A DNA stretch of 64,000 nt, taken from positions 64,001 to 128,000 of IMG/VR virus record IMGVR_UViG_3300021255_004427; one strand, written 5' to 3'. Source of the stretch: a virus. Lineage: Duplodnaviria > Caudoviricetes. Positions 59,461 through 64,000 of this stretch are shown here, in pieces. The stretch's first letter is position 1; every line of letters begins with the position of its first letter. The translations under genes and the position numbers were made by a program. Under the pieces are notes generated by a model. The model saw only the letters and a program-made list of their open reading frames with translations, was not told where the DNA came from and searched no databases.

Positions 59461-60182
59461 TGTATATAAATCTGCTCAATGCCCAGTGTATTCCAAATGA
59501 GGCTGTCGTCAAAAAGACAAAAGAAGGACTCTTATACTTTGACGGCAACAGCTGGAAGTATTTAACAAAAAAAGAATACAGGGTATTGGAAGAAGGGGAC
59601 GGGTATAGTACCAAAAAAGTCGGCAAAAACACGTACGTAAATATATCGGAAGATGAGCTCGTGCCAGCAGAAAAGGTTGCGACCAAGACAGCGAGGTACT
59701 ATACAAACTACTTCGGGCTCAATGACTTAGTGATTGGCGACAGGAAGTTCTATCAAACCAGCGGCCTGTTAACGGATGATATTTATGTGGAAAAAGGAAA
59801 GCCCGTAAAATTAAAAGCTAATATCCGGGCGCGGGAATTTACAAGCGTCGAGTTTTCCATCATAGATGGTGGCGAAGAAATACCCGTTCTCTTGGACGGG
59901 GAGGATAAGGTTGTAGACGAAAGGTTGTTCTTTGGCTGCGACACACGAATGGTCGGTACAGGAAAGGTATATAAAAAGGATTTTAAATCCCTCACCCATG
60001 AACCGAACGATAGTGATTTTTTCAACAACTTCATTTTGACGGTTTCCTATATGCCGGATGAAAAATACCGAACGTATACACCTAAACATGATAAAGTCAA
60101 AGTTAAAGTTGTTATCCGGTTGTATAAGGAAAATGCATTGAGCCCTGAGATTTCCAACATAATACTTACACAGGAGGTGTAA
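59460..60182 (+). CDS. Hypothetical (likely structural) protein
   Basis: 240 aa; TAATG coupling to the upstream gene. Confidence 0.5.
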   Translation: MYINLLNAQCIPNEAVVKKTKEGLLYFDGNSWKYLTKKEYRVLEEGDGYSTKKVGKNTYVNISEDELVPAEKVATKTARYYTNYFGLNDLVIGDRKFYQTSGLLTDDIYVEKGKPVKLKANIRAREFTSVEFSIIDGGEEIPVLLDGEDKVVDERLFFGCDTRMVGTGKVYKKDFKSLTHEPNDSDFFNNFILTVSYMPDEKYRTYTPKHDKVKVKVVIRLYKENALSPEISNIILTQEV

Positions 60183-60184
60183 AG

Positions 60185-61672
60185 ATGGCGACAACGCAAT
60201 TATTAGACAACTCGCTTGAACTGCAGAAGGACTTATACAGCATTATCGTTCCTGAGGAAAGCATAATTAAGACAGCTGAGTTTCGCAAGGAATATGCAAA
60301 AGTAATCGCTGCGGCGCCATTTTCCGACGAGAGTCGCGCTGACGAAATTGTCGCCAGTAAAGATAACGAGCCAATTTTTGAAATCAAAAAGATGCATCCG
60401 GAAGACCAACCAAAACGGACAGACCTAGTTCAGATGGCTACCGATATAGCTGTAGACCTAACTACTGCAGATTATCAGGTTGTCAATACGGCAAACCGAT
60501 ACACGGCTCTTATCGCCGGCACAATTAACCGGATGAATGCCATTAAGGAGCGAATTCTTCGGAATAAAGAACGGCTGGAAGATATTAATTTTATTACGGC
60601 AGCGTATAAGGGATTAAGCGATTCTGTAATCATTACAGAGGATTTATGTTCCGGCTCATACTTGTATCATAACGGAGTGTATGGAGCGTTTTGCTCGCAA
60701 GCTCCGTCAGAAATAAAGAAGGACGTGCAAATCCTCTCTGTGGAAGGAAACGGATATGTAGGAAATGCGCATGTACTGACTCAGGGGGATAAGTATCTTG
60801 AAGATACTGATAATCGCGGAAACTTAGAGTATATCTCGGATGACAGCCCGCTGACAGTATTTGAATATTCCAGAATCTGCAGCAAGGACGTATCGCAATA
60901 CAGATTAAATAAAAGTACTGCGTATGATGTAAATCAGGATGACAAGGACGTCAATTGTATAATCACCCTGATGAGTAAAAATGCAAGCGGTATAAATATG
61001 GTGGACATTGATTCCGCCGGAGGCGCGGTTGTCATTAAGGATGTGTTGGTGTCCAGTGACAATATTAATTACCGCAGTATTTTGCAATCGGAAATCGATA
61101 TGCGTGTGGACATGTATCATGCAGCCAACCAGATTGCCGGCAGCGGAAAAGTTTGCTTTCCTACATCCCGCTATGTAAAACTTGTGCTTTCTTCCAGTTA
61201 TTGTGAGCCGGGGGAAGTCTTGGGGTATAGTGAAGTAGATTTAAGCGGAGAAAAACCGGAGGTGGTTATCCGCCGGCTAAAGAATGCAATGCGCAAAGTA
61301 ATTAAAATTGGCAGTTTGAATGCGTATGAGTGCGAATACGATATGGGCAATATATTGACCGGCGACCTTGCTCCTACCGAAGGCTGCAAAACAGTTGCAG
61401 TATTTGCCAATGAATGCGTTCCGTATGGCATAGAAAACCCTGAAGAAGCTGTAAAATATACACTTTACATAAATGGCGTGGAATATCCCGTAGTGCCGAT
61501 TAACAGCGACAAACCTGGCATAAAAATGATTTCTTGTACAGAAAGTCAGTTTGAAGGCGTTAATGTAAAGTTCATCGGAGAAAAGATAAAAACAATTCAG
61601 CTCAGGGTGAAGATTGAGAGTGGTAAAGGCATGACGCCATTTGTTGGCAATTTAAAACTTTGTATAGGATAA
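60185..61672 (+). CDS. Hypothetical (likely structural) protein
   Basis: 495 aa; RBS GGAGGT; helical N-terminus and beta-rich C-terminus. Confidence 0.55.
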   Translation: MATTQLLDNSLELQKDLYSIIVPEESIIKTAEFRKEYAKVIAAAPFSDESRADEIVASKDNEPIFEIKKMHPEDQPKRTDLVQMATDIAVDLTTADYQVVNTANRYTALIAGTINRMNAIKERILRNKERLEDINFITAAYKGLSDSVIITEDLCSGSYLYHNGVYGAFCSQAPSEIKKDVQILSVEGNGYVGNAHVLTQGDKYLEDTDNRGNLEYISDDSPLTVFEYSRICSKDVSQYRLNKSTAYDVNQDDKDVNCIITLMSKNASGINMVDIDSAGGAVVIKDVLVSSDNINYRSILQSEIDMRVDMYHAANQIAGSGKVCFPTSRYVKLVLSSSYCEPGEVLGYSEVDLSGEKPEVVIRRLKNAMRKVIKIGSLNAYECEYDMGNILTGDLAPTEGCKTVAVFANECVPYGIENPEEAVKYTLYINGVEYPVVPINSDKPGIKMISCTESQFEGVNVKFIGEKIKTIQLRVKIESGKGMTPFVGNLKLCIG

Positions 61673-61678
61673 AACAAT

Positions 61679-62869
61679 ATGTATCTAGAAAGATTAAAGA
61701 AGTTAAAGGAACTAAAGGAGCTTACGGAGCGCGCTCTTTTACAACAGGGAGAATTTCCGGACAAGATGTACGTGAAGCAGCTGCTCGGCGGAATGGATAC
61801 CCGGTATGCGATATTTAAATATGATAATGTTCAGCCGGACACAGGATTCGACCTTGAAAAAATGATTAATGATTTGCGCTGCATCCAAAAAGACCTGAAT
61901 ATCATTTATGAAATCGTTGACGAGCTGGCACGGGAAAAGTACACCAGACTGGAGTCTTTTGTTAATGGGTATCTGTCTTCGCTGGAGAATATTGCAGACA
62001 GAGCCGATAAAAAGGCAATGGAGAAAATTGAAACGACATCTCTTGGTGCTTCAATTGTTTTCTTTACCAACGATGTGTCGGCCGTGCGCATTGAAGACAC
62101 GACAGCAAGTATACAGATTACAAATCTTAAATGTACCCCACAAAGCAAATTGTATGGTTCGATTATTGGTACGGGATTCAATGTTGAAGATGTCGTTTTT
62201 CAGATAGGTGAGCGTCGATTCTCTCCGTACACAGTAAATAGGAGTACGTTTAAAGTCGGCGGCGAACTGGAGTGTAACACATACACTTATGCTGTAAACG
62301 AAGAATATCCCGTTGGCAATGCATTTAAGATTCCAAATTCGACGATTGAAGCCAGTGAAAAGAACAAATACGAAGTGTATGGTGCGCGCGACAAAGTTAA
62401 AGTGGCGTCAAATACGCGTTTAGAATTGATACCGGTTACAAAACTGCAAGGTAGTATAGCTACAGAAACCACAACATATTCGTTCTACATTGGAAACGCA
62501 ACCAAGATCACATTTGATTTCTCGGCCGAGCCGACTTACAAGAACTTCAGCTCGTATGAGAATCAAAACCTGGATAAGAATAGGATATATCGCTTTGAGT
62601 TTACGGTTCCTGCGGGCACTTCTTTCTCGTGGGTTCATGACGGAACTATCTTTGCTACGAAGGAGAAAACGTCTATAAACGGTTCTGAGTTATGCATAGT
62701 GGAAAATACGATGGCCAAAGACTTTATCATTTACGAGTACGCACCAGGAGATAAGGTAGTGTATGACGATGTGAAAATTATCATACATAATATCAGGCAG
62801 GAAGTATTCCGCATTGAGTCTGTGGCCATAAAAGAAATTAGCGAGACGGGGGTGGCGGCGCCGGTATGA
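61679..62869 (+). CDS. Hypothetical (likely structural) protein
   Basis: 396 aa; helical N-terminus and beta-rich C-terminus like the neighbouring genes. Confidence 0.55.
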   Translation: MYLERLKKLKELKELTERALLQQGEFPDKMYVKQLLGGMDTRYAIFKYDNVQPDTGFDLEKMINDLRCIQKDLNIIYEIVDELAREKYTRLESFVNGYLSSLENIADRADKKAMEKIETTSLGASIVFFTNDVSAVRIEDTTASIQITNLKCTPQSKLYGSIIGTGFNVEDVVFQIGERRFSPYTVNRSTFKVGGELECNTYTYAVNEEYPVGNAFKIPNSTIEASEKNKYEVYGARDKVKVASNTRLELIPVTKLQGSIATETTTYSFYIGNATKITFDFSAEPTYKNFSSYENQNLDKNRIYRFEFTVPAGTSFSWVHDGTIFATKEKTSINGSELCIVENTMAKDFIIYEYAPGDKVVYDDVKIIIHNIRQEVFRIESVAIKEISETGVAAPV

Positions 62870-63090
62870 TTCTGTATAATATGCGATATCGCGGCCCGTA
62901 TGAATATGAGAAGTTCATTCTCAATGTTTTTCAATATCACAATGAGATACTGCGCATGAAAAAAGAGCTTAACGAGAAGAATGAACAAAATATAACAGAG
63001 CTCACCGCAAAACTGGATAAGCTCAGAGAAAAAGTAGATGAACTAAGCAACCAGATTTTGATATTGCGGGAAAAAGCTACAGCAGTATAA
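62866..63090 (+). CDS. Small coiled-coil hypothetical protein
   Basis: ATGA overlap with the upstream stop; RYRGPYEYEKF then a coiled coil. Confidence 0.55.
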   Translation: MILYNMRYRGPYEYEKFILNVFQYHNEILRMKKELNEKNEQNITELTAKLDKLREKVDELSNQILILREKATAV

Positions 63091-63101
63091 GAGGAAACGA
63101 A

Positions 63102-64000
63102 ATGATAGATAAACCAACAACAAGCGAAGTTATGGATATTTTTAATGCGGCCTATGATGATGCCAAAAAGATAGACCAGAACATTCGTGACACCAAAAAA
63201 GTGCTGAGTGAAAAACTTGAGCTTCTCAGTACACAAATGGAATACATGGCAAACCAGGTATTAACAGCATCCGAACAGACCGGTGTTGTAAAAGAAAAAA
63301 TCTTCTTGGCAGATGCGGATAAAGTTGGGCGATATGACCAGTTCGGAATGACTATCCACCCCAAGTTTGTAAAAGATCCGCGGGATTTATTCAATTACCG
63401 GTCCACAAAGGGGTATATGTTTAAAGGGAATGTAACCACGCTGATAAACGGCGAAGAGGATTCAGACTACACAGAATGTCTTAAGCAGGATACAGTGAAT
63501 GGTAAAAAATACACGATTAAGGAATATGACAGCAGCGATATCACGCTGACAATCCTCCCTAACCTGCGAGCGCCATTGGGCAGCTTACAGTTTAATATGC
63601 TCGAAATCATGCCTTATTTGCCGGGGTCGTTTAACATTGAATCGATCAAAGTGTTCTCCAGGGATAATCTGGAAGTCGAAACACAGGCTCTGGATAACGG
63701 TATTATCCGGGTTGGTGCGCAGCGGATTGTCTTCTCCGGAAAAACAGAGCTGGGTAAGATAGAGATTAAAATCCGCCTGCTGTATAAAAACTCATCCGGC
63801 AAGTATCCGTTTGGCTTAAAGCACTTGTATGTACAGGAGGCCGAATTTGAAGACGATTGCTACGTCATTGTCCGCGCCGACAAAACCAAAGCGATTTCCT
63901 ATATATATGATAGCATTGTGGTTAAAAATCAGTATGGCGTAGACACTTCGGCATCAAGCAAGGAATATGATATCCATTACTACGCTTTTTTTGACGGGGA
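63102..64000 (+). CDS. Hypothetical protein, 3'-truncated (absent from the ORF track)
   Basis: RBS GAGG at 63091; ATG at 63102 reads MIDKPTTSEVMDIF... and appears to stay open to the window end. Confidence 0.65.
   Translation, partial: MIDKPTTSEVMDIFNAAYDDAKKIDQNIRDTKKVLSEKLELLSTQMEYMANQVLTASEQTGVVKEKIFLADADKVGRYDQFGMTIHPKFVKDPRDLFNYRSTKGYMFKGNVTTLINGEEDSDYTECLKQDTVNGKKYTIKEYDSSDITLTILPNLRAPLGSLQFNMLEIMPYLPGSFNIESIKVFSRDNLEVETQALDNGIIRVGAQRIVFSGKTELGKIEIKIRLLYKNSSGKYPFGLKHLYVQEAEFEDDCYVIVRADKTKAISYIYDSIVVKNQYGVDTSASSKEYDIHYYAFFDG

Noticed and set aside
1-64000. Stop-codon reassignment, tRNA or rRNA genes
   Set aside because: The standard code gives near-complete coding density with TAA, TAG and TGA all used as stops; no tRNA- or rRNA-like sequence seen in the short spacers

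Overview
The window is an almost fully coding, entirely + strand stretch of the virion-morphogenesis region of a large, probably jumbo, contractile-tailed phage with a likely Bacillota host. It opens with three giant genes: a 5'-truncated protein carrying an HNH domain; a 3102-aa protein with an N-terminal DEDDh exonuclease and the beta-like and beta'-like catalytic motifs of a single-chain two-barrel RNA polymerase (RQP...NGDKDGD); and a 2922-aa thermonuclease/baseplate-hub fusion. Next come spike-like, NlpC/P60 lysin, gp25-like and baseplate-J-like genes, then uncharacterised structural genes and several repeat-rich fibres. The standout is a self-contained five-gene NAD+ salvage cassette (nrtR-pncA-adenylyltransferase-pncB-nadE, 27.1-31.0 kb) inserted between two baseplate genes. 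It is bounded by terminators and has a sigmaA-type promoter overlapped by two NrtR-type GT-N7-AC operators. I infer an ADP-ribose-inducible, deamidating NAD+-rebuilding route distinct from NARP1/NARP2, plausibly countering NAD+-depleting defences. All calls come from motif recognition by eye; no searches were run.
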